A stretch of 64,000 nucleotides of DNA from Candidatus Pacearchaeota archaeon (GTDB lineage Archaea; Nanobdellota; Nanobdellia; Pacearchaeales; GW2011-AR1). Below the pieces are notes generated by a model. The model saw only the letters and a program-made list of their open reading frames with translations, made no database searches and was not told where the DNA came from. Of this stretch, positions 28,880 to 39,879 are shown piece after piece. The position numbers and the translations under genes were made by a program. How positions within the stretch are numbered: position 1 is the stretch's first letter; every line of letters starts with the position of its first letter. Where the stretch lies: the NCBI GenBank assembly GCA_019659125.1, contig JAIFVX010000001.1:340135-404134 (forward strand), in the 5' to 3' direction.

Positions 28880-31339
28880 TTAATCGACATAGATGCCTGG
28901 TTTTCCAGGCTTTGCCTTACTCGACTTGCCTTCTGGATCGTGCTTCTTTTTGTCACTGACCGAAAACACCATAACGGGCTTTCCAACCCTTTTAGAAAGC
29001 TCCTCAGCATTATAGTTTTCAAGCTCAAACGGCATAACATAGACATAGATTTTGTTTGACTTTCCTTTTTTCTCGTCGACAATCCTAAGGATGTTAAGAA
29101 TGTCGGAAATAGTCTTTTCTACAGCCTTCTCGGCCTGTTCAAATTTTTCATCGATCTTTTTTTCATCTACTGCAGGCCATGCAGAAAGTGAAGCGAATCC
29201 TTTATTCCCGCTCATCTGCCAAAGCTCCTCGGAGAGATGTGGAATAAATGGTGATAAGATCCTGATAAACGCATTAAAATCGCTTTTTGCAATGGATTCA
29301 TGCTCAAAACTCTCGAAAAGTGACCGTAATCTTATTACGGCAAGATTATACCTAAAACTTTCAATTTCATCAGTTACCTTTTTTATAGTAGTGTGAAGCT
29401 TGCTTTCAATCTTTTTGCTTGACTTTCCTTCCTTGAGAGTGGAAGCATACGTGAACACCCGTTTCAAGAACCTAAAGCTTCCGTCAATCCCTTCATCACT
29501 CCATAATATGTCTTTGTCAGGAGATGCTATTGAAACTAAGAAGAGTCGAGCGACATCTATCCCATATTTTTTTGAAATGACTTCAGGAAGTACTACATTT
29601 CCCCGCGATTTACTCATCCGTTCGCCATCAGGTCCAAGCAAGAATCCTTGATTGAACAACCGTTTTGCAGGCTCCCCAAACGTAATAAGCCCAAGATCCC
29701 TGAAGAACTTAGTGTAAAACCTGAAATAGATTAAGTGGAGACATGCATGTTCTTTTCCTCCAACATACATATCAATAGGGCACCAATAGGCTGCCTTGTC
29801 CTTATCAAATATCTTCTTTTCATTATGGGGATCACAATATCTAAGAAAATACCATGAAGAATTGACAAACGTATCCATGGTATCCGTCTCTCTTCGTGCT
29901 TTTCCCTTGCATCGAGGACATGTCGTCTCAAGAAATGGTTTGTAAGTAAGTAATGGATTGCTTACCCCGCTGAACTGAATCTTATCAGGAAGTATTACCG
30001 GAAGATCCTTTTCAGGCACAGGAACCGCTCCACACTTCTCGCAATAGATAATGGGAATCGGAGTTCCCCAAAATCTTTGCCGAGAGATAAGCCAATCTCT
30101 CAATCTGAAATTGATCACTTTTCTTCCCAATTTTTTGATCTCAAGAGCCTTAATGATATGCTCTTTCGCTTCTGCTGTTTGTAGCCCATCGAATCCCTCG
30201 GAATGTATCAGCACTCCTGGCCCCGTATAGGGCGCATTAATTTTCTCATTATTTTCAGGTTTCACAACAGAGGTAATAGAAATCTGGTACTTCTTTGCAA
30301 AGGCATAGTCACGTTCATCATGGGCTGGAACTCCCATGACCATCCCGCTTCCGTAATCAGCAAGCACAAAATTTCCAGCATAGAGAGGTATCTTCTCTCC
30401 AGTTAACGGATGCTGTGCATAATTTCCTGTGAAAACTCCCTCTTTCTCCATTCTATCAAGATCCTCTTCCTTGACTGAATGAAGTTTTTTCACAAATTCC
30501 TGGACTTTAACTTTCTGCTTAGAATCCACAAGCTCCATTAATCGAGGATGCTGTGCAGATATAACTAAGAAAGTAACTCCAAATAGGGTATCGGGCCGTG
30601 TGGTGAATACCTTCCATTTCTCCTTGTTTATAATAAAGTCGATCTCAGCCCCTTCGCTCTTGCCAATCCAATTCCTTTGTAACCTCTTTATCAGTTCAGG
30701 CCAGTCATCAAGCTTATTCAGGTCCTCATAAAGCTCATCAGCATAATCTGTAATCTTTAAGAACCACTGTTCAAGATGCTTGATTTCAACGCTGGTATCC
30801 TCATGTCTCCAGCATTTTCCGCTTATGACTTGCTCATTCGCAAGAACTGTATTGCACTCAGGACACCAATTCACCGGTGATTTCTTCCTGTAAACCAATC
30901 CTTTCTCATACATCTTAAGGAACACCCACTGATCCCACCGATAGTAATCAGGCTTATGGGTTTCAACTTTTCTACTCCAATCATAGCTTAATCCAAGCTC
31001 TTTCATTTGCTCTATGAAGTTTGCAATTGCCTCTTCGGTAAACTTCTTAGGATGCGACTTTGCCTTGATTGCCGCATTCTCTGCAGGTAATCCAAAAGAA
31101 TCAAACCCCATAGGATGAATGACATTGAACCCCTGCATCCTCTTGAATCTCGCATAAATATCGCCGATATTATAATTATGGGCATGTCCCATATGGAGTC
31201 CACTTCCGGAGGGGTATGGAAACATCTCTAGAACATACTGCTTAGGCTTCTTCTTATCTTCTTTGACCTCGAAAACCTTCTTATCATGCCAAGCCTTCTG
31301 CCACTTCTTCTCAATCTTAGAAAAGTCAATGTCACTCAT
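28880..31339 (-). CDS. leuS: Leucyl-tRNA synthetase, bacterial-type
   Basis: VLEMFPYPSGSGLHMGH, DSFGLPAENAAI, TTRPDTLFG, GVPAHDERD, WLISRQRFWG, RMSKS. Confidence 0.95.
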   Translation of the reverse strand: MSDIDFSKIEKKWQKAWHDKKVFEVKEDKKKPKQYVLEMFPYPSGSGLHMGHAHNYNIGDIYARFKRMQGFNVIHPMGFDSFGLPAENAAIKAKSHPKKFTEEAIANFIEQMKELGLSYDWSRKVETHKPDYYRWDQWVFLKMYEKGLVYRKKSPVNWCPECNTVLANEQVISGKCWRHEDTSVEIKHLEQWFLKITDYADELYEDLNKLDDWPELIKRLQRNWIGKSEGAEIDFIINKEKWKVFTTRPDTLFGVTFLVISAQHPRLMELVDSKQKVKVQEFVKKLHSVKEEDLDRMEKEGVFTGNYAQHPLTGEKIPLYAGNFVLADYGSGMVMGVPAHDERDYAFAKKYQISITSVVKPENNEKINAPYTGPGVLIHSEGFDGLQTAEAKEHIIKALEIKKLGRKVINFRLRDWLISRQRFWGTPIPIIYCEKCGAVPVPEKDLPVILPDKIQFSGVSNPLLTYKPFLETTCPRCKGKARRETDTMDTFVNSSWYFLRYCDPHNEKKIFDKDKAAYWCPIDMYVGGKEHACLHLIYFRFYTKFFRDLGLITFGEPAKRLFNQGFLLGPDGERMSKSRGNVVLPEVISKKYGIDVARLFLVSIASPDKDILWSDEGIDGSFRFLKRVFTYASTLKEGKSSKKIESKLHTTIKKVTDEIESFRYNLAVIRLRSLFESFEHESIAKSDFNAFIRILSPFIPHLSEELWQMSGNKGFASLSAWPAVDEKKIDEKFEQAEKAVEKTISDILNILRIVDEKKGKSNKIYVYVMPFELENYNAEELSKRVGKPVMVFSVSDKKKHDPEGKSSKAKPGKPGIYVD

Positions 31340-31377
31340 GTAACGCAGAGCAAAAACGCTAATTTAAAGGTTTTCCT

Positions 31378-31965
31378 TTATTTCTTGGTAAAGGTGCAAG
31401 GAATCTGTTCGGTCTTTCCCGTTGCAGGATTGGTGAAAGTCATATTGAGGGATTGCATAGCTGGTGCTTCCTGCTGTTGGAATGCCTGAGCAAACTGGGC
31501 AATCCTCACTTGAAGACTCATGCCGATAGCAATACTCAATCCATAGACATACGTTGCATTCTGCGCCCCGATCTTCTGGGCAGTTGCATCATACGCTGCT
31601 TTCAATTGTGCCTTGGTGTAATCACAGGCTATATCACCATCGCTCAGCTCATAGGTCAGCCTGCATTTTGCTCCAGAGTCCGCGACTGAAAATATTCCCT
31701 CAAGCGTCTCTGTGCTCTTATTGCCTATAATTGTTGAACGAGAGACGGTACAGTCTTTTACAGAATTGGAGAGGCAAATGATGCTCTTTGATTTCCCCTT
31801 GTCGGTAATGAGCTCGCTTCCAAAGGAAATGTTGACAGTCCCACACTTAGGTTCAGAGCCTGTTCCAATATTGCTGCTCGAACCACCCTTCCGAGATACC
31901 GCATACACGATACAAACAATAACTACAACACCAATGATAAGTCCATAGAGCACGCGCTTCTTCAT
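31378..31965 (-). CDS. Membrane-anchored secreted hypothetical protein (Cys pairs)
   Basis: N-terminal TM, six Cys. Confidence 0.6.
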   Translation of the reverse strand: MKKRVLYGLIIGVVVIVCIVYAVSRKGGSSSNIGTGSEPKCGTVNISFGSELITDKGKSKSIICLSNSVKDCTVSRSTIIGNKSTETLEGIFSVADSGAKCRLTYELSDGDIACDYTKAQLKAAYDATAQKIGAQNATYVYGLSIAIGMSLQVRIAQFAQAFQQQEAPAMQSLNMTFTNPATGKTEQIPCTFTKK

Positions 31966-32025
31966 ATCTATAAGAGAAAAATATACTTTATAAACACTTT
32001 TATACTTATCATTCCAAGAAAGCCT

Positions 32026-32547
32026 ATGAAAAAAAGAGATATCATAATAATTCTAATCGCTCTAGGCCTAGTCATTGCAGCTGCAGCCTTCTTTTCATAT
32101 CAATTCTACCTTAAAGAAAGGGACATTCATCCGCAAGGCACAGGAGTTTCTGCTCCTGCGAAAGTATGTGACTTCACTGGTGATCCTTTCTCACCTCCAG
32201 ACTTTAAGAGAGTAAGACAGATGATGTTAAAGCAGCCGCTGCTTGAGAAAATCCCCGCCAACGGCAACATACGTGTCCAGTTCTACCATTATTATAACGA
32301 CTGTCGCAAGATTGACAACTCATTTAGGCTGGAGCGGGGGAATGTTGATGAGAATGGTGCTGAGGCTGATATAGAGGTCCTCATTGCCACAGCGTATGCC
32401 AGCAGGTTTACGGAATCAAATATGTGCGATCTTATCAAGGAAGCTCAAAACAAAGGGGAGATGTCTACCTTATTTACAGTGGGAAAGACAACGTTGCTTT
32501 TGAAATATTCAAGTCTGCTTGACTATAAGGAATGCTTCGGTCTCTGA
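32026..32547 (+). CDS. Membrane-anchored hypothetical protein, SCP2-like C-terminal pattern
   Basis: N-terminal TM; ...ADIEVLI... and terminal LLKY pattern. Confidence 0.55.
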   Translation: MKKRDIIIILIALGLVIAAAAFFSYQFYLKERDIHPQGTGVSAPAKVCDFTGDPFSPPDFKRVRQMMLKQPLLEKIPANGNIRVQFYHYYNDCRKIDNSFRLERGNVDENGAEADIEVLIATAYASRFTESNMCDLIKEAQNKGEMSTLFTVGKTTLLLKYSSLLDYKECFGL

Positions 32548-32969
32548 AGTACTGTTTCAATAATCTTAGTATGGTGCTCAAGCCTCTTATTCCTCCAACG
32601 CCTATGATATATCGCGACAATCACTACGACTGTGATGAAAGCGATTCCAATGCTCACCATCGAAGCTGAAAAAGGAGACGTGTTGAGAGGCGCAACCGCC
32701 TTTCCTGTAAACGTAAGATTGAACAGCGAAAGCAAGAACAAGGCAAAAACCATCCCTATAGGAAAAAGGAAGGTCTTTTTTTTCTTAGTCTTCAAATAGC
32801 TTTCAAATTCCTTTTTTTCCTGGAGCGTGAGGCTTTTGAAATACTCAGTATCTCTGTAAGTAAGATACGTGTGGAAGGTGGCAGCAACTTTCTGTTCCAC
32901 CCGAATAAGTCTATCGATAAGATCCATAGAAAGAAATCTTCCCTTTTTATCCTTTATTGTTGTTTCCAT
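32523..32969 (-). CDS. Hypothetical two-TM protein
   Basis: Two TMs; last gene of the KaiC-surface protein run. Confidence 0.6.
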   Translation of the reverse strand: METTIKDKKGRFLSMDLIDRLIRVEQKVAATFHTYLTYRDTEYFKSLTLQEKKEFESYLKTKKKKTFLFPIGMVFALFLLSLFNLTFTGKAVAPLNTSPFSASMVSIGIAFITVVVIVAIYHRRWRNKRLEHHTKIIETVLQRPKHSL

Positions 32970-33802
32970 GTTATTCCTCGTTCAAGCTTTGCAATATCCT
33001 CATAAAGTAGAGGAACCTGTCGCTCAATATCTCTCATGAGTTCCGCAAACTTGTTGGTTCGTATGTGATAGATAGCCTCTGAGATCCTTCCATAAGTGAA
33101 ATACTCTTTTTGTGTTGCTATGATAAGGTCCTTTAATATCTTTTTCCTTAATTCAAGCCTGCGTAGCTTCCTCATGATAAGAAACTTAAGAATTTTCACC
33201 CTATAAATGATAAAGGAAAAGATAATAACTGCACAAAAAGATGAAATCCCTTTCCAGTGTCTTAACACAAGGCTCTTGATGCCCCTACTAGTGGATTGAT
33301 AAAATACATTCAGAGTAGTATGTGAGGCCTGAAGGCGTATAATCTCTTCGTATGCACTGTCAACTAAAGGCTGAACTTTTTCATATCGCTCGCTTCTCAT
33401 TTCATCATCAATTTCTCGTATGATGATGTCAGCCGAGGTAGCATTTATATCCGGTGTGACTGATTCCTGGTAAAACTTCTTTAAAGCTGTTACTTGATCT
33501 TTGGCATCTATGGCAGTCCGATAAATGGAATCTATATCATTGCAGTAAGGCAGAACCCCAGAAAAATCAGCGCTCTTATTGCCTTGCTTAAGAGCTGCCT
33601 GTACAGCATACGCACTTTGCGCATCTCGAAACAAATCATTGGTTCGTTGTGTGGGCAGCCCAGCATCTGTCATAAATAATAAAACCTGTTCCGACCCGTG
33701 AAGGCACTCGGTTGCCTTTTCCTCAATTGTCGCATTGGTTTCGGCAGATGCCAGAGATAAAAGAACCACGAGAGCAACTAAAGAGAAGACTATAAATTTC
33801 AT
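32954..33802 (-). CDS. Secreted helical protein with C-terminal TM and cytoplasmic QxxY..GxI...Y motif
   Basis: Signal peptide, helical body, TM, motif shared with the 1738-aa neighbour. Confidence 0.7.
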   Translation of the reverse strand: MKFIVFSLVALVVLLSLASAETNATIEEKATECLHGSEQVLLFMTDAGLPTQRTNDLFRDAQSAYAVQAALKQGNKSADFSGVLPYCNDIDSIYRTAIDAKDQVTALKKFYQESVTPDINATSADIIIREIDDEMRSERYEKVQPLVDSAYEEIIRLQASHTTLNVFYQSTSRGIKSLVLRHWKGISSFCAVIIFSFIIYRVKILKFLIMRKLRRLELRKKILKDLIIATQKEYFTYGRISEAIYHIRTNKFAELMRDIERQVPLLYEDIAKLERGITWKQQ

Positions 33803-36800
33803 GACTTTCTCCCGAAGGCCTTTCCAAACCCTTGGCTCTTCAATGCATCAGAAGCATCCAAGAAAACAAGTTGCTCCTCAACTTCAGTAAGCCTTGTTGC
33901 ATATGTCTTCAACATGTTCTCATAAATTCGTGTCTCGAATTTTCCTTGGTTAAGATAATCGTCTTGTGTCTTTTTGATAAGCTCAACTAACCTTCGTCTT
34001 TCCTCACTTAAAGCCCTTCTCTTGCCTCGTATCTTCATAATGCTAGCAATCTGAGTCTCAACTCGTATCTTCTCTTCGATGACTTCTCCAAGTTTTAGTT
34101 CATATTGACGCATTGCTTCGTCATATTCTTCCATAGACATGGTCTTTCTTTCAAAGCACTCTCGCTGTACGACTTTCATGAGCCCTATTAGAAGCTTTTC
34201 CTCTTCCTCAAGAACAATAAGCTTCCTCTTGTACAATCGCAAACGGATTAAAATAGTTGAGCCGAGAGAAAGAAGTGCTACACTCAAGAGAACTCCAACA
34301 GTTCTGAAGGGATGATTTTTTACTGTAAAAATAAGATTAAATTCACCTTTCACTTCAAGTGCATATGTAAGTTTTGCTTCGTTGATCCTTTCAAGTGCCA
34401 ATGTGTAATCTCCTCGGCCGAATGCGACCTCAGCAAGATAGAGTACCTTCTTAGTTTCAAGAACTCCAAGTCCTTCATGCTCTGCCTGTGCAACACCCTC
34501 TTTTAATTGAGCGATGGTTGCCTGAGATTCAAGGGCATCATCATATAATTTCTTTACATCATCGTATATCTTTCTTAGCTCCACGAACTTAAAGTCTCGA
34601 CGTAATGACTCTGCCTGGTGCAGCAGGGAAGAAACATGCTGGACATTCATATGAGAGCTATTCATAAGGGAAATGTAAGATTGCATATTTGATACAAGCT
34701 TATCGGCATCTCCCGTGCTGACTTCAAGAACCTTAAGTGTTATAACTCTCTGTTCAGTGATAGAGATTGTTGAGGCATTTGAGATAATATCTCCCGTAAT
34801 AGCAAAGAAGAGTATATGTTCGCCTTGGGAAAAGTATGCTGGAGCCGAAATCTTTACAGTAATGTTAGTGCTGCTAAAGGGTGCTATTCGTTGGATTTCT
34901 GCAGGAATTAACTCAACATATTTAGAATTAAGACCTGTGACTGAGATTCTTACATGCTCAAAAGGCTGACTATATTTATTCTTCACTTCAAAGGAGAATG
35001 ATTGGTCACGGCCACGAACAAGCTCGAATGTTGCCTCCGACTTGATGACTGCTGCAGCTCCGCCGCCTCCACCTCCGCCGCCTCCGTTACTTCCTCCTGT
35101 CACGGTAATGGTTGTTGATGGAGCTACAAAGTCTCCATCAAGGCTCCCACAATCACTGACAAGAATCCCATCAGAAATATTATAGCACAAGAAGTTGATG
35201 CTTGCCGTCTCACTTAAAAGGCTGCTGCCCGAGGCGGATTGAATAGAATTTCCTGAGCCATTGTAGCCATAGGCATACAGTGTAACTGTCTTGATTCCGG
35301 GGGTGAACGATGCAAGGTTTGAGAGTGAAACATTGATCTGATTCGTTCGGGGAAGATTATCACTAAGATTAGTGAAATTAAGCTGAAGAATTCCTGAGAT
35401 ATTCGTGAGACCGCTCGGAAGACTCCAGTTAAAGCTTACATTAACGGCTGTAAGACTAGCATTGGGCAGTGCTGCACCCATTAAATTTCTCACATAACCA
35501 ACGAGACTGAAATTGCTAGGGGTAAGATAGACTACCGTAGGAGAGCTCGTGATTGCTTGGAAGAGATAAGGAGAATTCTGGTTACTTACAACCGTCGCCG
35601 TCACATTTTTTTGTGAAGTGGTAGATCTTCCGCCTAGTTCAGTAATGTTAACGACTACTGCCTCTTGACGAACCTCGTTAACAAAGCTCGCATTCACAAG
35701 AATAGTCTTGTTGGTTCGGGCAGTAATTGTTTTAGTGTTTGAAGGTCTGAATGATTCCTGATCAAAATAAATCCTTCCTTCAGTCAAGTCATAGGTCAAC
35801 CTAAAATCCAAGGTGCAGTTATTGTTACTGTATGCTGCATCTCCCGTATTGTTAATATCAATCATTCCAATCAATTTGTTTTGCGACCATCCGACTGAAG
35901 GCCCAAGATCAGAAGGTGTAGCGTTCCACGTGCAATCCCATTCAGAAGCAAACGTGAAGTTGCTAGTCACATTCGTATTTCCCAGGCTGTCATTTGCCAA
36001 TAGATTGAATGTATAATTCGCGGCCTCGGGAATGAGAGTTACATTTCCCTGATAAAGACTTCCTGAATAAACACTCATACTTCTATTGAGCCATCCAGTT
36101 CCATTATGAATTTGAAGTATGACTGCACTAACCGACACCCTATTGTCAGTGATAGTTGCATTAAAAGTAATGTTTTCGCCAGGGTCAACATCATTCGTCG
36201 AATTGGGATAATAGACAATGCCGCTGACTGCAGGAGGAGTGAGATCAATGTATAAAGTTCGTGTAGGCGTTGCATTGTAATTTCCTGCTTTGTCTATAAT
36301 CGTGACATTATATGTGTACAAGGCCTCGGGAAGTCCCGTCAAGTTAATCTCAAGAGTAGAAACAGTATAATTTGACATATTCACAACCTCAGTTGCATTA
36401 GACAATGTAAAAGTGATATTTGCAATATTTGATTCTGTCAGGGAAAGATTTACATAAATCCAGGCATGGCTAACGTTCTCACCATTATTTTCCACTCCAG
36501 TACCATATGAAATAAGAGGTACTGTAACATCAACAGTTACAGTATTATTTCTGGTAGAGAATGGATTCCCCGACCAATCAACAATCCTATAGAACCATTT
36601 ATAGACACCCTCAACAACTGTCACCACGACTCCTACCACTTGTTGGAGAACCCCTCCCGAGGTGAAAAATATATCAGTCTGGTTGATTAAAGAATTGCTC
36701 GAATTGAACAAATACAATGTCGCATTTTTCAGTCCTGCAAGGTTATCAGTTAGGTTGGCCGTGAAGTTAATCGTTAGATTCGCGACATAGCTGTTATTAG

Positions 36801-39015
36801 TAGGAGAAAGCAAGGATGAGTTAGGAAGCCCATTATCAAGCGTGACCCTCCTCGTCACAGAAACATTCCTGTTCCCGTTGCTGTCGGTACACGTAATATT
36901 CCATTGATACGTGGCATTTCGCAACACAGTGCTTACATTCAGGTTTGTAAAGGTGTTGTTTCTCACAGTAAGATTAACAGCACGTGTCGTCGAGTTGACA
37001 ATCAATGTGCAATTGATTCCTAAATCATAATTGTCAAGAACCGTAAAGTTGAAGGTGACATTTGTATAACTGAGATTCTCCCCATCACCGGGAGCATTAA
37101 GGATAATAGAATAAGGAGAGATACTATCATTATTAGAAATATTCATATTTAAAATTGCATTCCTGAGAATGGGGGTGTAAAAGCCAGCACCAGGACTAAG
37201 GCCTAACGATGCACGGATGTTCGTCGTTGCTAACGGTATTCCAAAAATGGCTGATGAATAGCTATCATTTCCGGTTATGTTGGAAAAATTCTGTTCTACA
37301 TACGTCCAGTTTGACCTTCCCTTGATGTAAAGGTCTTTTATTTCACTTGTATTCAGACTTCGATTGAAAATCATGAGCTCATCCATATCTCCCGTTAGTG
37401 AAACGGTAACGTTGCCGGTCGAGGTATCAACGGCATTCGCTACATATTGAATATTATAGGATGAATTATACTCAATCCTATTAGTGTTCTGTGTGGAATC
37501 AAGCACCCCATTGATATACATAAGAAGCCTAGGAGTGCTCTCGTTGAGATAAGTAACAACAACATGGTACCACTGGTCGTCATTAAGAATTGCTGTGCTG
37601 TTGAAACTATCTCCTCTATGTGTGGTAAAATGTAGCTTTTTGTCTGCATTTCCAGTTTGGCCAATGGTTATAGAGTATCCCTTTCCATGGGCCGGCTGTA
37701 CCAAACCAGGCCATCCTCCAGCCATCAGAACGCCATGAACACTAGCGCTTGAGTGGCGTATCCAGAAGGCCCAGGTATAATTAGAAGGATTGGATGAAAA
37801 ATTAACGACATTGAAAGTAGCTCCTGAAGTGACAAGCCCTATGGATGCAATACCTCCGCCGTAATAACTGTTGTTCGTAAAGTCCACATACACTGAGCTA
37901 GTTAACAAACCATGATTACCGTTGCCGGAAAAATCACTGCCGTTTTGATCTAAATGATAATAAGCGACAAGTCCATCCATCCCCGTATCATTATATCCAA
38001 GTGTCTGGTTCCAATATCCAAGCTGCACACTTATGTTTGTCCCGAAACTCCGCACAAAAGGGCTGAGAGTAACATTTACTTTGTCCATCTGCTTGGTTAT
38101 CAATAAATTTGAATTTGAAGCAATAAGATTCTGAGCTTTAAAATCTATGATTCCTCTACTCTTGAATCTCACCGACTGATTATTGAAGATATCTTGTACC
38201 TGTGCTGCAGTCAACGACGTATTGAAAATCATGACTTCATCAATCATGCCAGAAAAAGGATATGCCCCTGAAAGGCTGCCAAGAATGATTCTGTCTCCCT
38301 GACCGCTCAAAGAATCGACAACAGTTCCATCGGCAGCAGACCCCCCTAAGGGAGCCTGCACGACATTGTCTACATAAATTGTTCTGTTGCTTGTTCCATT
38401 ATACGTGGCGACGATATGATGCCATATCCCTGCGCTTGGCTGAGAGACGATCACATTCGATATAGAGTTACTTTTATTGATGAGTCTGAAAAAAAGACTC
38501 GAACCTTCATAAAACAAACTATATTGAATATTTGTGCTACCGCTGGTCGCTCGATCAATAAACCCTCCGTTCTGTCCGGTCGAGTTTGCATATACCCATA
38601 AAGAGATAGTCAAGGCACTGGTAATATTAAGGTTGGAAGCGTTTATAGCGCTAAGTGGAATTCCAAATCCGTTATTGCCTAAGCATTGTGCAATAAAACA
38701 AGTTGTCTTGTTTAGCGTTGCATTTGCCTGATACGTGAGGTTGTACGAGTTGAGAGAAAAGTCAAACGCACTTGCATTTGTAGTTTCAGCATCAAAACTC
38801 CAATATGCTTGAAGAGAGTCATAGGGAGGAGATGTGGAGATACTAATGAATTGATTATTTGATATGTTTGAAACATTCGTTGGAAGTGAATCGTTTGCCT
38901 GGAGAGTTGTAGTTGTAATGATAAATGAAGTTATAAGGCTCATCACATAAGGAAAAAGAAAAATAGCAAAAACTAGCATAATCACAGCTAGCAAAAAAGT
39001 CAACCTCTTTCTCAT
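33799..39015 (-). CDS. Large LamG/Ig-like surface glycoprotein (1738 aa)
   Basis: Signal anchor; two LamG-like domains (WHHIVATY..IDEVMIFN; WYHVVVTY..MDELMIFN); Ig repeats; poly-Gly linker; helical bundle; TM; two cytoplasmic repeat motifs; many NxS/T sequons. Confidence 0.85.
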   Translation of the reverse strand: MRKRLTFLLAVIMLVFAIFLFPYVMSLITSFIITTTTLQANDSLPTNVSNISNNQFISISTSPPYDSLQAYWSFDAETTNASAFDFSLNSYNLTYQANATLNKTTCFIAQCLGNNGFGIPLSAINASNLNITSALTISLWVYANSTGQNGGFIDRATSGSTNIQYSLFYEGSSLFFRLINKSNSISNVIVSQPSAGIWHHIVATYNGTSNRTIYVDNVVQAPLGGSAADGTVVDSLSGQGDRIILGSLSGAYPFSGMIDEVMIFNTSLTAAQVQDIFNNQSVRFKSRGIIDFKAQNLIASNSNLLITKQMDKVNVTLSPFVRSFGTNISVQLGYWNQTLGYNDTGMDGLVAYYHLDQNGSDFSGNGNHGLLTSSVYVDFTNNSYYGGGIASIGLVTSGATFNVVNFSSNPSNYTWAFWIRHSSASVHGVLMAGGWPGLVQPAHGKGYSITIGQTGNADKKLHFTTHRGDSFNSTAILNDDQWYHVVVTYLNESTPRLLMYINGVLDSTQNTNRIEYNSSYNIQYVANAVDTSTGNVTVSLTGDMDELMIFNRSLNTSEIKDLYIKGRSNWTYVEQNFSNITGNDSYSSAIFGIPLATTNIRASLGLSPGAGFYTPILRNAILNMNISNNDSISPYSIILNAPGDGENLSYTNVTFNFTVLDNYDLGINCTLIVNSTTRAVNLTVRNNTFTNLNVSTVLRNATYQWNITCTDSNGNRNVSVTRRVTLDNGLPNSSLLSPTNNSYVANLTINFTANLTDNLAGLKNATLYLFNSSNSLINQTDIFFTSGGVLQQVVGVVVTVVEGVYKWFYRIVDWSGNPFSTRNNTVTVDVTVPLISYGTGVENNGENVSHAWIYVNLSLTESNIANITFTLSNATEVVNMSNYTVSTLEINLTGLPEALYTYNVTIIDKAGNYNATPTRTLYIDLTPPAVSGIVYYPNSTNDVDPGENITFNATITDNRVSVSAVILQIHNGTGWLNRSMSVYSGSLYQGNVTLIPEAANYTFNLLANDSLGNTNVTSNFTFASEWDCTWNATPSDLGPSVGWSQNKLIGMIDINNTGDAAYSNNNCTLDFRLTYDLTEGRIYFDQESFRPSNTKTITARTNKTILVNASFVNEVRQEAVVVNITELGGRSTTSQKNVTATVVSNQNSPYLFQAITSSPTVVYLTPSNFSLVGYVRNLMGAALPNASLTAVNVSFNWSLPSGLTNISGILQLNFTNLSDNLPRTNQINVSLSNLASFTPGIKTVTLYAYGYNGSGNSIQSASGSSLLSETASINFLCYNISDGILVSDCGSLDGDFVAPSTTITVTGGSNGGGGGGGGGAAAVIKSEATFELVRGRDQSFSFEVKNKYSQPFEHVRISVTGLNSKYVELIPAEIQRIAPFSSTNITVKISAPAYFSQGEHILFFAITGDIISNASTISITEQRVITLKVLEVSTGDADKLVSNMQSYISLMNSSHMNVQHVSSLLHQAESLRRDFKFVELRKIYDDVKKLYDDALESQATIAQLKEGVAQAEHEGLGVLETKKVLYLAEVAFGRGDYTLALERINEAKLTYALEVKGEFNLIFTVKNHPFRTVGVLLSVALLSLGSTILIRLRLYKRKLIVLEEEEKLLIGLMKVVQRECFERKTMSMEEYDEAMRQYELKLGEVIEEKIRVETQIASIMKIRGKRRALSEERRRLVELIKKTQDDYLNQGKFETRIYENMLKTYATRLTEVEEQLVFLDASDALKSQGFGKAFGRKS

Positions 39016-39072
39016 TACTCCTCGTTGGGGATATGCAAAAATTCTTTATAAAACTTGTTGTAGAGACGACGA

Positions 39073-39843
39073 CTATGTAAGAGTATATGGACCTTTGAGT
39101 ATCTTGTTAGGATATGCGACAATTCCTATACCTTTTCTAATTTCGCACTCGACAATCTTTCGATCTATCTGAGAGCCCCTCATTTTAAGCACTTCAATTG
39201 CCCTTTTTCGAGGGTTATCCTGGAAGAAGACATTGTACAGAACAATAATCCCATCCGACAAGAATGAGACGGCCTCTCCAGGTTCAACAAACATATTTCC
39301 AACATGCGTTGGGTTGGCAACCTCTCTGATCAGGAATGAAGTCATTTTGTGACTTTCCAAATACCTAAACAGCTGCTCCATATACACCCTGAACCTGCTC
39401 TCCTCTCCAGAAAATGCAGATGAGATGCTCGACAAAGAATCGATTAGTACGATTTCAGGATCAAAGTCTGGTGGGATAAGAACGGGCTGGACATCAACCA
39501 ACAATTCTCTCTTAGCCTCTGAAAGCAATGCCTCGACGCTTCGGGCAATGTCAAGAGCATTGAATCGCTTGACATAAAATAAACCGTTTCTCTCATACTC
39601 TTCAATCCGCGCTCCAAAACTTCTGAAGTGGCTTCTCAGTCGCACTTCAGGTTCCTCAAAGCTCATGTACAATACTTTCTTACCGCGCTCACATAAAGTC
39701 TTGGCAAGACTGATGCAGAAAATAGTCTTCCCGCTTCCCGGACCTCCCTCAATAAGCACGGAACTGCCTAGAGGAATACCATCGCCTAACAATTCATCGA
39801 CGCCAGGCAGGTATGTGCTAAGAAAGCCAGGATTATCACCCAT
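39073..39843 (-). CDS. KaiC-like RecA-superfamily ATPase (single domain)
   Basis: GGPGSGKT, YMSFEE, VLIDSLS, LSDGII, EVLKMRG. Confidence 0.88.
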   Translation of the reverse strand: MGDNPGFLSTYLPGVDELLGDGIPLGSSVLIEGGPGSGKTIFCISLAKTLCERGKKVLYMSFEEPEVRLRSHFRSFGARIEEYERNGLFYVKRFNALDIARSVEALLSEAKRELLVDVQPVLIPPDFDPEIVLIDSLSSISSAFSGEESRFRVYMEQLFRYLESHKMTSFLIREVANPTHVGNMFVEPGEAVSFLSDGIIVLYNVFFQDNPRKRAIEVLKMRGSQIDRKIVECEIRKGIGIVAYPNKILKGPYTLT

Positions 39844-39879
39844 GGGTGGGAAAGTAAAGAAGAGTTTAAAAACGTTATG

